Source: Marsupella aquatica
Taxonomy: Eukaryota > Plantae > Marchantiophyta
Reading direction: 5' to 3'
DNA: 64,000 nucleotides
NCBI GenBank assembly: GCA_973895155.1
Contig: OZ316894.1
Coordinates: 24,550,709 to 24,614,708 of the forward strand
The translations under genes and the position numbers were made by a program. How positions within the stretch are numbered: the first letter of the stretch is position 1; the number at the start of each line of letters is the position of its first letter. A model generated the notes under the pieces. That model searched no databases. It worked only from the letters and a program-made list of their open reading frames with translations, and was not told where the DNA came from. Shown here piece after piece: positions 51,362 to 63,035 of the stretch.

Positions 51362-54179
51362 TGCGGCTGATGAAATCAGGGAGATCGGCCACTTGAATGA
51401 TTGCAAACAGCTTCAGTGCACATAATGTCGATGTGCGCAATAGAACTTGTGGGGAATCAGAATGCATGAGCTCGATCATGCTTTAACGAGACAAGAGCTT
51501 GAAGTTGAGAACCAAATCCTGCAAATTTGCCGCCGTGCCACGTTTTAATTCAATACGGCATTGATCGAATGCGTTTGAACACCATGTTAGATCGATATTG
51601 CTTGCTTCCAGATGGCACTTTTAAACCAGCTGCTGGTGATGTCTCAAGGCCTACTGTAGCACATGGGCCCACTGGCGAAGGGAAATTGATAGGATGGAGT
51701 TTCACCGCAATCCGAGTGATTGCTCTGCGGGATAATTTTGTGAAAATGCTTCGTTTAGATTGAAATAAATTAAGCACTTAGTAGAGTAGTACATACGCAA
51801 AAATAGACTTAGTGATGGGTGCTCCAGTACACCCTATCGACATCGGGATCGACATTAGGAGCAACTTAAGACATTAGAGCGGAGTACAAGAATATATGTG
51901 CTAGCTAAGGGACGCGGCACAGGTTCGAGCATACTTCCAAGGAGATAGGGACTGACAGCCATCGCCTCGATCTCAGCTGGTGCGCCATTCTAAATTTGTT
52001 GAGATATTTAGAATGCAGTATGAAGACGGGAAAGCACTGTTGGTACAGTTTATATATCCACTAACAGCTTGAGGCAATTCGAGATCATTTTGCGCTTCTC
52101 GCTCCTAACTTGAATGGATCTTCGTTTGCAATTAGAAACTGCTGACTTCAATTTCAATGTGTACGAGAGCAATCTATTGTTGGCAGTAAGTGCCAATTAA
52201 TTAAGGACAGTCTAATTCGAAAGTGCATGCCGCTGAATTTTCGGCCCTCCATAGATTGCCACCCACTCGTCTCCAGGCCAGATTTTATCAACTTTGGCTC
52301 AACATACACTGCTACGATTTGAGCAGCTGCTGAATCTTTGATTGATTAAATAACGCTGCTACGATTTTATTCATCTGCGTTACTTCATACCAGCTGCTAC
52401 CGATGCTGCTTCCCACCTGCCGTCATCAACGCTACACCGTGTCTTCAACTTTCGTTGACATATGTGATTATCCCATTTGATTCATCAAATCCTTGGATTA
52501 TCCACAGAATGGAGAAGAGTCGAGTACTTCGTGCAATTCGATTCACGTCATCGTTTTCGCCTTGACGATGGGATAACATAGTTTACTTCGCTGGCATTAA
52601 TCTTTTGCAGTGATTGTTGTATCCTTCTCTCAAGTGCATCGATTCTACTTTGTCACATCATCACAATTTTTTGACTTGAAATTGTAGACAAGACTCTTTT
52701 CGGTAGTTTCTGCTGCTTTCCATTGTATTACTCACAATTGTTCTAGGCCTGCCATGTGTTTTGTTAACCCAAGGTTAAAACTTTACCAACCCTAGTCAAC
52801 TACCCACAAGAATTAAAGACTATAATACAAGGTTGCAATTTTTCTTAAGTGGTCGTCAAATTTGCAGTGTCCAAAAAACATTACTCATGTCAAAAAGAAA
52901 GAATAAATGCTATATTAAATTTAATGTGCACCAAAAAAATAATAAATACATTCCAAACAAGAGGGGAATGAAAAAGGACACACAAAAGTGTGTTAAATCT
53001 ACATAAGTTAATGGATTTCTTACACCAGAACATAAATTAGTTTCGTGGACCCCTGGTTACATTTCTTTGGCCTTGTTTGAGTAAAAAGAATGTATGTAAT
53101 ATTAATTTTAACTCAAGTTGTGAGAGGCTATATATTGTGGTCCAAAATGCTATGGTATCACAGATTATTCTGATGAGATAGTTTTACAAATTTTAGTGAA
53201 ACTATAGGAGAAATTAATTAACTCATCCAAATGTGATTTTGCAATCTTCTTCATATGGAACATGAAAATAAGGGCCTTTAGTTTGCATTCTGAGAGGCTA
53301 ATGTGGTCCATAATGCTCTGTTAGCATACATTAAAATATTTAAGATCTATGAGATATTTTCACTAATTTTAGAACATTAATTAATAAACCCAAGGCATGA
53401 TTTTTTTGTTAGTCAATTTAGGCATTAAATGACACTATATTTGACCATTGAAGTGCCCTGGGTACTCAATTTGAGTTAAGAAGACTACTTTCTCAAGATC
53501 AATTGAGAAATTTGCTTTTCTCAACAATTCCCCCTGAGGTTTCTAGTAGCTGAGTCCTCTTTAGAATATTTGTCCCCCTATTTGTCAATGTACTTTCAAA
53601 TAATTGAAAATCTTGAAGATTTCACTGAAGTCTGACTTTGGCAAGTTTTGAATTAGAGGTTATTAGACTCATGACCTTGACGTAACTATTCACCAAATCG
53701 AGAAGGGCAAAGCTTAAGCTTTCAGAAGATAGAAGTTGACAGCGTGATAATAAAAAATAGTTGTCAAAATCAGGCTTTTTCGCCTCATGCTACCAAATTC
53801 TCAATCTAAGAGAGTCAATAGTCAATTCATGGCAAGTCCATTTGAAACCAGATCAATCCTAAACTATAATACACACTTGCGCCAAAAAATGATGTGGTCG
53901 TCATTCAAATTTGGAGTGTCCTTTTGGGTGATAATAAATGAAATCTATAAATATGGAATCAATAAGGGGAAAAAAAAAGGAACGTGAAAAACCTGGTACA
54001 GGGCCGGGTGTGCACCAGGTACACAAAGATGCACAAGATAGGTACTATTGTACTTTCAGGTACAGAATATGAGCTCATTACTCTTGGGAGCCCAGGTACA
54101 AGGTACAAAAGGGATAGAGGTACTCTAGAGAGGTACAGTTGTACCAGTAGAGTACAACTTACTTTTAAGAGAAAGGGAG

Positions 54180-54750
54180 GAGCTTGCACTTCATTGAACA
54201 CACTCGGCCAAATCCCCAGGGGGTTATTCAGAAATCATGGCATCGTTTGGGGATCGACCTTTGGTGCGACTGGGCTAGACACCGAACTAGGATTAGAACA
54301 GGGAAATCCACCTTGGGCGAGGCCTACAATGGTTTCTCTTTTGACTATGGTACCTGGGCTGGACTTTGGAAGCTACATGAGGAGGTCTTGCAGATCCCAC
54401 CGGTTCCCCCCCATCCACCCTGAACGTCTAGTTTACAACAGGTGTGTAGCTGCACTACAGATTAGACTGATAGAACTTATCTTCTCTCATGGACCCACTG
54501 GATGGAACCTCGCCGGGACCTGATCACTGGCCGGTCTTAGGAGTGTGCTGCTCCCGCTGTAGTACCTAAATTACTTGTTTAGTTGCCCCTTCATGAGGCT
54601 CAGCTTCTCCCCTGGCACCGGCTCCACCGGTTTTTTTTTAGCACATCGACCCTAGGTCCTCTTGGGTGTGGCCCTTTTTGGTGCCCCCCTTCTCTTTGTA
54701 TGTTGACTATTTGAATGGAATTCACTTGGTTTTTTTCGAGGCAAAAAAAA
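54180..54750 (+). mobile_element. Possible 5'-truncated L1/Tx1-like LINE 3' end with poly(A)
   Basis: ORF remnant ...WHRLGIDLWCDWARHRTRIRTGKSTLGEAYNGFSFDYGTWAGLWKLHEEVLQIPPVPPHPP* is reminiscent of plant L1 ORF2 C-termini. It is followed by a pyrimidine-rich tract and an A8 run at 54743-54750. Recognised by pattern only. Confidence 0.4.
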
Positions 54751-56429
54751 GAAAGGGAGGAGAGTAGCTTCTTTCCCTTTGGAGTTTAAAGCTAGTTCTC
54801 TATTCCAAGCCTATGTGAGCTCATAAGGGCTCTTGGCATTTAATGAGAACTTTTAAGCAACAACAACTACTGAATGGCCAGAAGAGGGAGAGTGAAGAGG
54901 AAGCGATGATAACTCCTGACACGACCCTGGCCCTAGCCTCTATCCAATAAATGTATTTTTTTGGTGCAAGCTTTTGCCAAATTCTATCTCCCCAAAATGT
55001 GTTCATCACTTTTTCCGCCACTTTTGCCAAAAATTTGCTAGATTTTTTGCATACCATTGGCCACTCTCCACCAAATCATGGACCTCATTTGCCAAAATCT
55101 AACGGTTATATGTAAATCTAGGGATATATGACGAATATGATATAATTCAAGAAAAATTGTGGAAGAATACTCCTAGCATCTCCTACCTTTGAGAGGCTGA
55201 CATTTGCCACATTGGCAAAAAACAAAAAATTAATGTTTTAAACCCGGGACCCCAAAGTCCCATCTCCAACCCTAACTCAATCTTGCCCCGGGTTCCAACT
55301 CCCCAACAACCCCTCAGTTGTTGTTATGTCTTGCCACTTTGTTTACCACAGGAAGAGGCATGGGGTGGGGGCCAAAATATCTGGACCAAAGTTGGTCTGG
55401 GGGTGGCAGGTCCTCCAATATTGGAAAGTGTTGCAAACCACACCACTATCCCAAGGGGGCATGGTATTGGCGACTAAGGAGCTGAGTAAACTTGGATGAG
55501 GTTACCAAAGGGGTTCCATGCAAGGGGTAGGCAAATTGTTTTGTTGAAAAGTGGGCTGAGTTGTGTCGTTGCCTCAAGGGGAATTGGCGTTGGGGCGGCC
55601 AAAGCCAAGAAAGCGGCCGTAGTCAACTTTAATCAAACTAAGCTTAAAGTAACCAAACAATTGGGGTTACTGATGAGGTTCCAAGATATATGCAAGTGCA
55701 GGGAAAGGGCAATTGAAAAGTCAGCCAAGCAGCGCCGTTACCCTAGGGGGTCTCGACATCGGGGCAGACAACGCCAATTAAGCTATTGCGGCGACTTTAA
55801 GTAAGAAGTTTTAAGTAAGCGGCCAATGATGGTAACTTTCAGCAAAAAGCTTAATAACGTAACAAAAACTTTGGGGTTATCAATGGGGCTTCAGGATGCA
55901 AGGGGTGGCAAAAAAGTGGCAACAACTTAACAACTTTTTACTTAACTTAACATGGTTTACTAGCAATATTTTCAATTGTACTTAAGAACATCTTTTACTT
56001 CACAACTTACATCTTTGTCTAACGACATCCTTTACTTATCGACCATTTTGTACTTAACAAAAAATACTTAATAACATCTTTGGTGAAACATCATCTTTTA
56101 CCTGATGACATCTTAGACATAAAGACATCTTTGGCGCATCGACATCTTTTTACTTCACTACATTTACCACTATAATCATGATCCTGTCCCTTTACAAACT
56201 AAAAAAAGTGAGAATCAATTTTGAATGTTCATCAAATCATAATTTTCTCCACACTGTCAGATCTATTCATACAACCCTTTCAAAAATAAATTCATGCCCA
56301 AGCTACCCTTTAACCTTCACATACTTGCCACAATGAAAAAATTAATCAAATTGTAAATAAATTTATTCATAGATAAACAATTCTACTTTTTGATTTAATT
56401 TTGAATATAAATAAAATATATAAAAAATA

Positions 56430-56860
56430 TTTTCTCATCTTGACATCTTTTCTTCATATGAATATCTTCTCACCTCAAGATTTTTGCTCATCTTGACATA
56501 TTTTCCTCACCTCGAGATCTTTTCTCACCTTGACATATATATTTTCTCTCCTTGACATGTTTTCTTATCTTGCCATCTTTTCTTCATATGAAGATCTTCT
56601 CACCTCAAGATTTTTGCTCATCTTGACATATTTTCCTCACCTCGAGATCTTTTCTCACCTTGACATATATATTTTCTCTCCTTGACATGTTTTCTCATCT
56701 CGCCATTTTTTCTCTCCTTGACATATTTTTCTCACCTCAGAATGTTTTTCTCTAATCAACATCTTTTTCTCATCTTGCCATGTTTTCTCTCTTGACATAT
56801 TTTTCTCAGTTTGAAATGTTTTTCTCTCATCGACATCTTTTGTCACCTTGATATATTTTC
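56430..56860. repeat. ~19-bp monomer satellite with a 130-bp higher-order duplication
   Basis: ttttctca(c/t)cttgacat monomers; the block starting at ~56446 is repeated almost exactly 130 bp later (~56576). Confidence 0.85.
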
Positions 56861-57379
56861 TCAACTCAATGTACATGCATCATTTGTGGAATGCACAAGT
56901 ATCAGGCCCAAGATGTATCACGCCCTATATGTATTTAACAACCTCTTTTACTTCACAACATCTTTGACTAATGACATACTTTCTTTATTTACCATTTTGT
57001 ACTTAACTACATCATTGGCAACATGACATCTATTTACTTGACAACAATTTTTTACTTGATGACCTTTAGGGCAACATGCCATCTTTAGCAAAATGCCTTC
57101 TTTAGCAAAATGCCTTCTTTTTCTTAACAATATCTTTTTACTTCATGACATCTTTCACATAAGAACATCATTCTTGGAAAACACAACATATTTTCTCTTA
57201 ACATTTTGGGCGCCACAACACTTTTCTCTTAGCGACATCTTGGGGGACATGACATCTTGGGCGCCACAACAATTGTTTTCTTAATGATATCTTGGGCGCC
57301 ATGACATCTATAATGTAACGACATTTTGGGCGACACAACTTACATCTTTTTTCTTAAGGACATCTTTTGTGCAATGGGT

Positions 57380-57700
57380 ATTTTCCCTCAACGATGTCTT
57401 GGCTGACATGACAACTTTTCCCTCAACGATGCCTTTGCCGACATGACATCATTATTCTCAACAACATCTTGGCCGACATGATAACTTTTTTTTCAACGAC
57501 TTCTTGGCCGACACGACATCTTTTTTTTCAATGACGTCTTAGCCAACACGACATCTTTTTTTCTCAATGACCTCTTGGCCAACACGATATCTTTTCTCTC
57601 CACGACCTCTTGGCTGACAAGACATCTTTTCTCTCAATGACCTCTTGGCCGACACGACATCATTTTTTCTCAACGACATCTTGGCCGACATGACTTCTTT
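57380..57700. repeat. ~35-39-bp minisatellite (~9 copies) next to the Helitron-like 3' end
   Basis: ctcaa(c/t)gac(a/c)tcttggccgaca(c/t)gacatctttt unit repeated head-to-tail. Confidence 0.85.
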
Positions 57701-58869
57701 TGTGCACCGCACGGGTATTGAGCTAGTTATCAAATACTTTCAACCTGAGTTTTGTAAGCAACCCATGGTTACCTTCTTGACAAGCAACCCACGACCATGG
57801 GTAACTGAGGAACCTTAGGTTACTCATGATCGAGAAGGTTCTTTCCTATTTGGCATGAAATGAACTTCCTCAGTTACTTTCCCATTCCCTGGCACTCGAT
57901 TCTGGCTCAGGTCAGCTCGAGTTGAGTTCCTACTGTTTTCTTTGTACCAAAGTAAATAATCACTACCAAATTCTGTCAAAGCCTTAATAGCAATGTCACC
58001 TTATAAATCAATGCTACTAGTACTGTGACCTAGTTAACTTCTAACTTGCCAAAAAGAAGAAGGTGAAACCTCATTTAAATGATAAATTACTCTTTGAAAG
58101 ATGGTTTGGAGTAGAATGTATGTTTCTCTTTAAAAGCTTAACAGATGAAACAATGGTATCACCAATTCTCTCATGATTGTCCTAGTGGTTGTGAAGAAAA
58201 AGGTTGAAGAAACAGGCTCTCTTAGTGGGTTTGAAGCAATTCTGCATGCAAGTTTTGGTCATTGAGTGTGAGGTAAGGTAGCCAAGATAAAGTGGTATAC
58301 CTGTTAATTAACCCTTCCATATTTGGCTCAAGGCATGAAGGTTGGACTCTTCATCAACCAATGAGAGCGCAAACAAATATAATTCTACTTTATAGGGGGA
58401 GGGAGGTGGAGTGACAGAAGCAATTTCTAACTGATACAGGCCTCTAATTAAGCTCGGGATTTTCTTGACGCATGAGCTTAATTGGCAATTGGAGGTGGCA
58501 TTTAGTAGTGGCCATTCTCCTCTTGTTTCAAGCCCAGAATTGGGTTTCCCTATATTGTGGATCTGACTGGTCTCCTTGTTGCAGAAACATCTTTTTATTA
58601 TATTTGTCTACATCTGCCAAAGTTTGTCAAGTCAATTGGAAGCAAGGACTCTCTTTTTTCATTGAGGGGCCAGAGGTCAGCGATCAGGTATTTTTTATTT
58701 GTACATACAGATCTTACAAAGTGATTTAAGCTGTTTGAGCTTTCATAGATTAAGGAGAGCCATCACATTTGGCAAATTGTTTTCAAGGGAGTTGCTTTGG
58801 ATAGTCTGGATCAAGTCCAGCAAGTGATTTCTGATTGCATGCACTGATATAATTGTCTAGCATGCTTTC

Positions 58870-59843
58870 TGAGGCACCTTTGGACTTAGTTCGGGCAAGT
58901 CTTTTATCCAGGTTGGCCATTGGTTCTGGGGCTTGTCTTTCAACTAGTCTGTTGTGTACCCTTTTTGTATGAGTTCTTTAATTTATCTTCACTACGTCCA
59001 CTCACCTCTTGCTTGGTCTACCTCACTCGTGTCTCTTGGGCCAGCCCACATGATTTTGTGGGGCATCACTGGACAAGGAGGGCATCCATATTCTTTGGTG
59101 TTGTCATGGTAGTGATCGAGCCGATGGTCACACACGATGACATTGGTGATTTGGTAGCGGCTGTTGCTTGTGACTATGGGTACCACGTTGCCATGGAGCA
59201 GTAACATGTGTTGCCTCCCTAGCATGGAGTTCTGGATTGGAGTCGTCTTGACCTGGTCCTTTCTCGGGTGGGGGTTGTGCTCTCGAAGACTTGGTCATGG
59301 CATACCCTGGCTGGCATATTGCATTGGCTGCTCATAATCAGGGTCGCACAGGGGCGGCGTGGTTCAAGTAGGAACGAGGCCTATGTTGTGAGGTATCATG
59401 GGGATCTTTTCTGACTACCCTTTTGCTGTGGAGGTCTTTGGTGCTCTTCACCCGACATTTGACCATATCTTACAAACCTGTGGGGTACCCTATGTTGATA
59501 GGCGACCTTACCCCCAGTGTCTGTCATCCCAGCCTTTTTTTTTGACAACGGGTGTCAGGCTCAAGGCTTTCACTATTCTTCATAGGGGTGAGGCAGTTGG
59601 TTTTAGGGCTTCTAGTCACGTTCCCTTGTTTGACCTTCCTATGCAGTTCAAGCTTTACCAGACTTTTCAGTTTACCGCAGGGTAGGGTTTTAGGTTTTAG
59701 GGTTGCTTTTGTTGCACCATTTTTCTAGGGTTTTTGGGCCTTTGGGCTTAGTTGTTTGTTCCCCCTCTATTGGGTCTTTTGCCTTTGGGATCCTGTCTCT
59801 TGGTAGGATGGTTTTTGTTCTTTGGCAGTTCAATCAATATATA
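58870..59843 (+). mobile_element. Decayed, 5'-truncated CRE-clade-like non-LTR retrotransposon (Zn-finger + restriction-like endonuclease region)
   Basis: Frame-switching translation gives RASLLS..GSGACL, LGLPHSCLLGQPT*FCGASLDKEGIHILWCCHGSDR/THDDIGDLVAAVACDYGYHVAMEQ*HVLP and PFAVEVFGALHPTFDHILQTC. These match the LGLP / C-x-C..H..C..HD zinc finger and the PxAxExFG endonuclease motifs of RLE-type (CRE/R2-superfamily) elements. A T-rich 3' UTR ending in aatatata follows. Confidence 0.75.
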
Positions 59844-60458
59844 GCGCCCGTACAGAAACCAGAGTAACTGGGGGGGGGGGGAAGATGACAATTTAATTAA
59901 ACATAAAAGTATAACTATAGTAATTCATAAGGCTACTTTGCAGTTTTGGGACAATTATTTCACTTGATTGTTAATTTGTTCTTATGGAACTGAGACGCCA
60001 TCTGTTCATCATAGAACATGATCAGCGGAAAATGGAATAATTTCACACCTTCTTTCTTTGAATGTATCACAGACTAAGGCCATTCCACCTAAGATTCTGA
60101 CTAATTCAAAGGCGCGGGGGTCTCACTATATGGGGACCTCCCCACCACCTGCGATGTTTTTAGGCCTCGGACCCCCTAAAATGTAAGAATTATTTATTTA
60201 TTTTTAAACCTATAAAGTTGGAATATTCTTGGAATATTCCAAATAATGAAGTAAAAAGACCCTAATGTTCTTATAAGTCTCAAAACTGAATTTAAAAGAT
60301 CATATTGTTCTTCTGCAGAAATTCTTAAGTCTTCCCTTAGAACCAATAAAATGACCCTATCCTTCGTCGCATGTGATATGCCATTTTTGTGGAAGTGAAA
60401 CCCCCGAGGGCACGTGCTAATGAGGTAGTCCAACAAGAAAGTACTCTATCAATATAAT

Positions 60459-61027
60459 TTTGAAGCTGCTATATAGTGAATCCACCTTTCAGACTTTGTC
60501 TTATTCAGATTGTGTCATGTATTTTTATTTCAATGTGCCTTATCAAGGGGTAGCCTTTGTATCATACACATGGTTAATTACTTTTTAGACCCCTTTAATT
60601 TTAGGTATTCTAGAGTATTTTGAACTTATTTTGGCAGTCCCCTTATAACTTTAAAAGTTTGTGATCTCTTAGAAATGAAACCAATGGCTCCACCACTTGA
60701 ACAAAGTATTATCATGAGTGAGAGAAATGATTGTGAATAACATGAACACATAGTGTTTTAAGTTCCCCTCATGTGTTTCTTTCCTAAGTTTATGGTTTTT
60801 ATTGAAATGAGTGTCATTCATAAGGCATATTGAATTAAGTGCACAAATAGTAGCATAGTTGTGTCATAAAACTTGACTGTACTTTCCATTGGTCACTTAC
60901 TGTGCTTTTCTTGGCAGACACTTTACTTACATTATTTTATCATTCTAGTTATGCTATCATATTTTATTTACTTTCAGATCACTACAAGTCAGAAAAACCA
61001 AGCATGTTCCAAGATGAGCATGCTATA
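60459..61027 (+). mobile_element. Dispersed AT-rich repeat, copy B (homologous to 36797-37472)
   Basis: Same ordered motifs as copy A, ending agcatgttccaagatgagcatgctat. Confidence 0.75.
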
Positions 61028-61656
61028 GCTATATCAAGAATGTGCATACCTCAACTCCATAACTTAATTTACATTCACACATAACAGTTCTAAAAAGTTT
61101 GTTTCACTCTGTCATGTGATGGAATTAATCAACAGGAGAACCCAAAATGTGGTTCACAAGTAATGGCCAGAGATGCAACAAACTGACAATGGAGTTGAGA
61201 ATCACTAGGACGTCTCAAAGCTTCAAATTTGATAGACCTTAACTTAGTAGTTAAGGTTACGGACTAAATTTGGTAGTCCATAACTTTTTGCCATAAATAT
61301 GGGTTCTATGACCATAAGTCACTGTAGGGGCTATTGAAATAAAACTTTACATAACCCTGTGAAAAAGGTCAATGGCCAAAAGCCATAAATTATTCATAAC
61401 CTTGAATTTGACAAATAATGTCCTGGTTAGAGGACATTGTGAAATATAATGCCCCCCAAACTCCAGTTTTGACACGCTTTATTCTCACAATTGCCGTACT
61501 TAGGATGTTATCATATGTAAAAACTTGGTACATTTTGCTAGTTTGCAAGAGCTAGATTAAATGTTTAGACTGAATATTGTACAAACTTGCTATTATGTGA
61601 ATAGTTACCTAATCCATTATGTCTGCAAACGGGACACAGTGGGAATGTACAGCTGA

Positions 61657-61736
61657 CCATGCAATTAGGCATGCAGGATTATATAAGAACTTTGTGCCAT
61701 GCAATTAGGCATGCAGGATTATATAAGAACTTTGTG
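61657..61736. repeat. Exact 40-bp tandem duplication
   Basis: ccatgcaattaggcatgcaggattatataagaactttgtg x2. Confidence 0.92.
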
Positions 61737-61821
61737 TACAGAACCTATGTTAGGGGCCCAGTTTGTAACAACAATTTAGTCAGCCCATCACATAAATTTA
61801 TTTTTGCGAGGGTCCCATGGA

Positions 61822-61823
<2 letters not shown>

Positions 61824-61857
<34 letters not shown>
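61824..61857. repeat. (AT)n microsatellite
   Basis: Uninterrupted atatat... run of about 17 units. Confidence 0.95.
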
Positions 61858-61860
<3 letters not shown>

Positions 61861-61869
61861 AACCATGCA

Positions 61870-62205
61870 CAACCACATGATTGTGAGAATGCCTTCAATT
61901 GGCCCATTACATAAATTTGTTTTGACAAGGATCTCATCACGCATATACCTCAACTACATGACTCTGCAAACGCCTTCAATTGACTAGGTGACTCATCAGA
62001 ACCTCAACCACATGACTGTGCAAACGCCTTCAATTGACTAGGTGACACATCAGATCAAAGACCGGACGGACGTGCCGCCAGCGTCCCAAAAGCTTGTCTT
62101 TCACTTGAATGTTTTTGCAACATCGAACCACAGCCTCATGATTGTGCAAATGCCTTGAATTAACTGACTAATAGTCGGTGACACATCAGATCACAGACCA
62201 GACCG
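61870..62205. repeat. ~50-55-bp repeat, 4 diverged copies, upstream of the MDR gene
   Basis: catga(c/t)tgtgcaaa(c/t)gccttcaattgactaggtgacacatcaga-like unit at ~61870, ~61950, ~62005 and ~62137. Confidence 0.8.
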
Positions 62206-63035
62206 ATATGCCAGCAAAGTTATTTTTGAGGGCCAGGGCAATTCCGTCTCATAAGGTACGGACGGGATTATGAAATGCCTGCACAAAATAAGAAGTACAT
62301 TGTATCGGGTGGCAGTCTCGTCCCCTTTCATTCCTTTCAGGTCGACCCAAATCGAGCTCAAAGAAGAATTTAAGTTCTGTTCAAGACATACAAGACAATG
62401 AAGTCCAACACTGCTACATTTCCGCCTTACTTTCAGTCTGATTTTGCGGCAGAGCTTCAACGTTTGGTACTCTAGATCAGTGCGGTGAGGGCACAACCTC
62501 GGGACTACGGTTAGCATCTTACCAAACTACTGTACGTCACAACTGGGGACGTGTTTTTGCGCTACGTTCACGTTTATTGACGAGGCTTCTCTAAGGACGT
62601 CGGAAATCCAAAGATCACGAGGGCATAGAGAACGTAGCTGAAAGCGTCTTTCCTAGTAAGTCATGTCCACTAGACTTCTCAAAGGATCTCTTTTTTTTCT
62701 CGAAAGGGAAGGAAATGGGGAAGGAAACGTCGTAGTCTCTCCCCACCCCAATAGTGACGTGCATTTTTTGTAGGGGAATCCATTTCAGGGTGAGCCCCAC
62801 CTCGCACGGAGAGAGTATTAAAGTAGGCCACAAAATGGACAACCAGGGACCGAGAAGATAATCATAACTGTCTCCCATATATCAACAGGCATCGATCACC
62901 TTTGTCTTTTGGGCGGCTTGGCACGAAATCAACTCGAGCCTTGTAGAAGCTAGGAGGAGTTTCAAGCACGCTGAGAATCTACTGTGATTGCAAGCTAGCT
63001 CCTGGTTTGATTTGGCATCGCGAGAGGGAGAGACC

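Larger units (their letters stand above)
55930..57726 (+). mobile_element. Non-autonomous Helitron-like element, copy 2, with internal minisatellites
   Basis: 3' end gtgcaccgcacgggtattgagCTAG|T (CTAG at 57723-57726), matching the plant Helitron terminal gcaacgcacggg-N-CTAG-T pattern. The interior is homologous to inverted copy 1 (28113-28580). The 5' boundary is approximate. Confidence 0.7.

Noticed and set aside
53984-54523. 179-aa ORF as a protein-coding gene
   Set aside because: It has no recognisable domain or splice structure and overlaps gtac-rich repeat sequence and a probable LINE 3' remnant in another frame.
57380-57700. Second CRISPR-like periodic array
   Set aside because: Head-to-tail units have no unique spacers and sit inside a Helitron-like element.
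28113-57726. A single 29-kb TIR transposon carrying kinesin-2 and HMA genes
   Set aside because: The inverted ends look like Helitron 3' termini, there is no TSD, and the enclosed genes are ordinary intron-containing host genes. Two independent insertions are more parsimonious.
59870-59881. G12 homopolymer
   Set aside because: Isolated simple run next to a TE tail, with no evidence of function.
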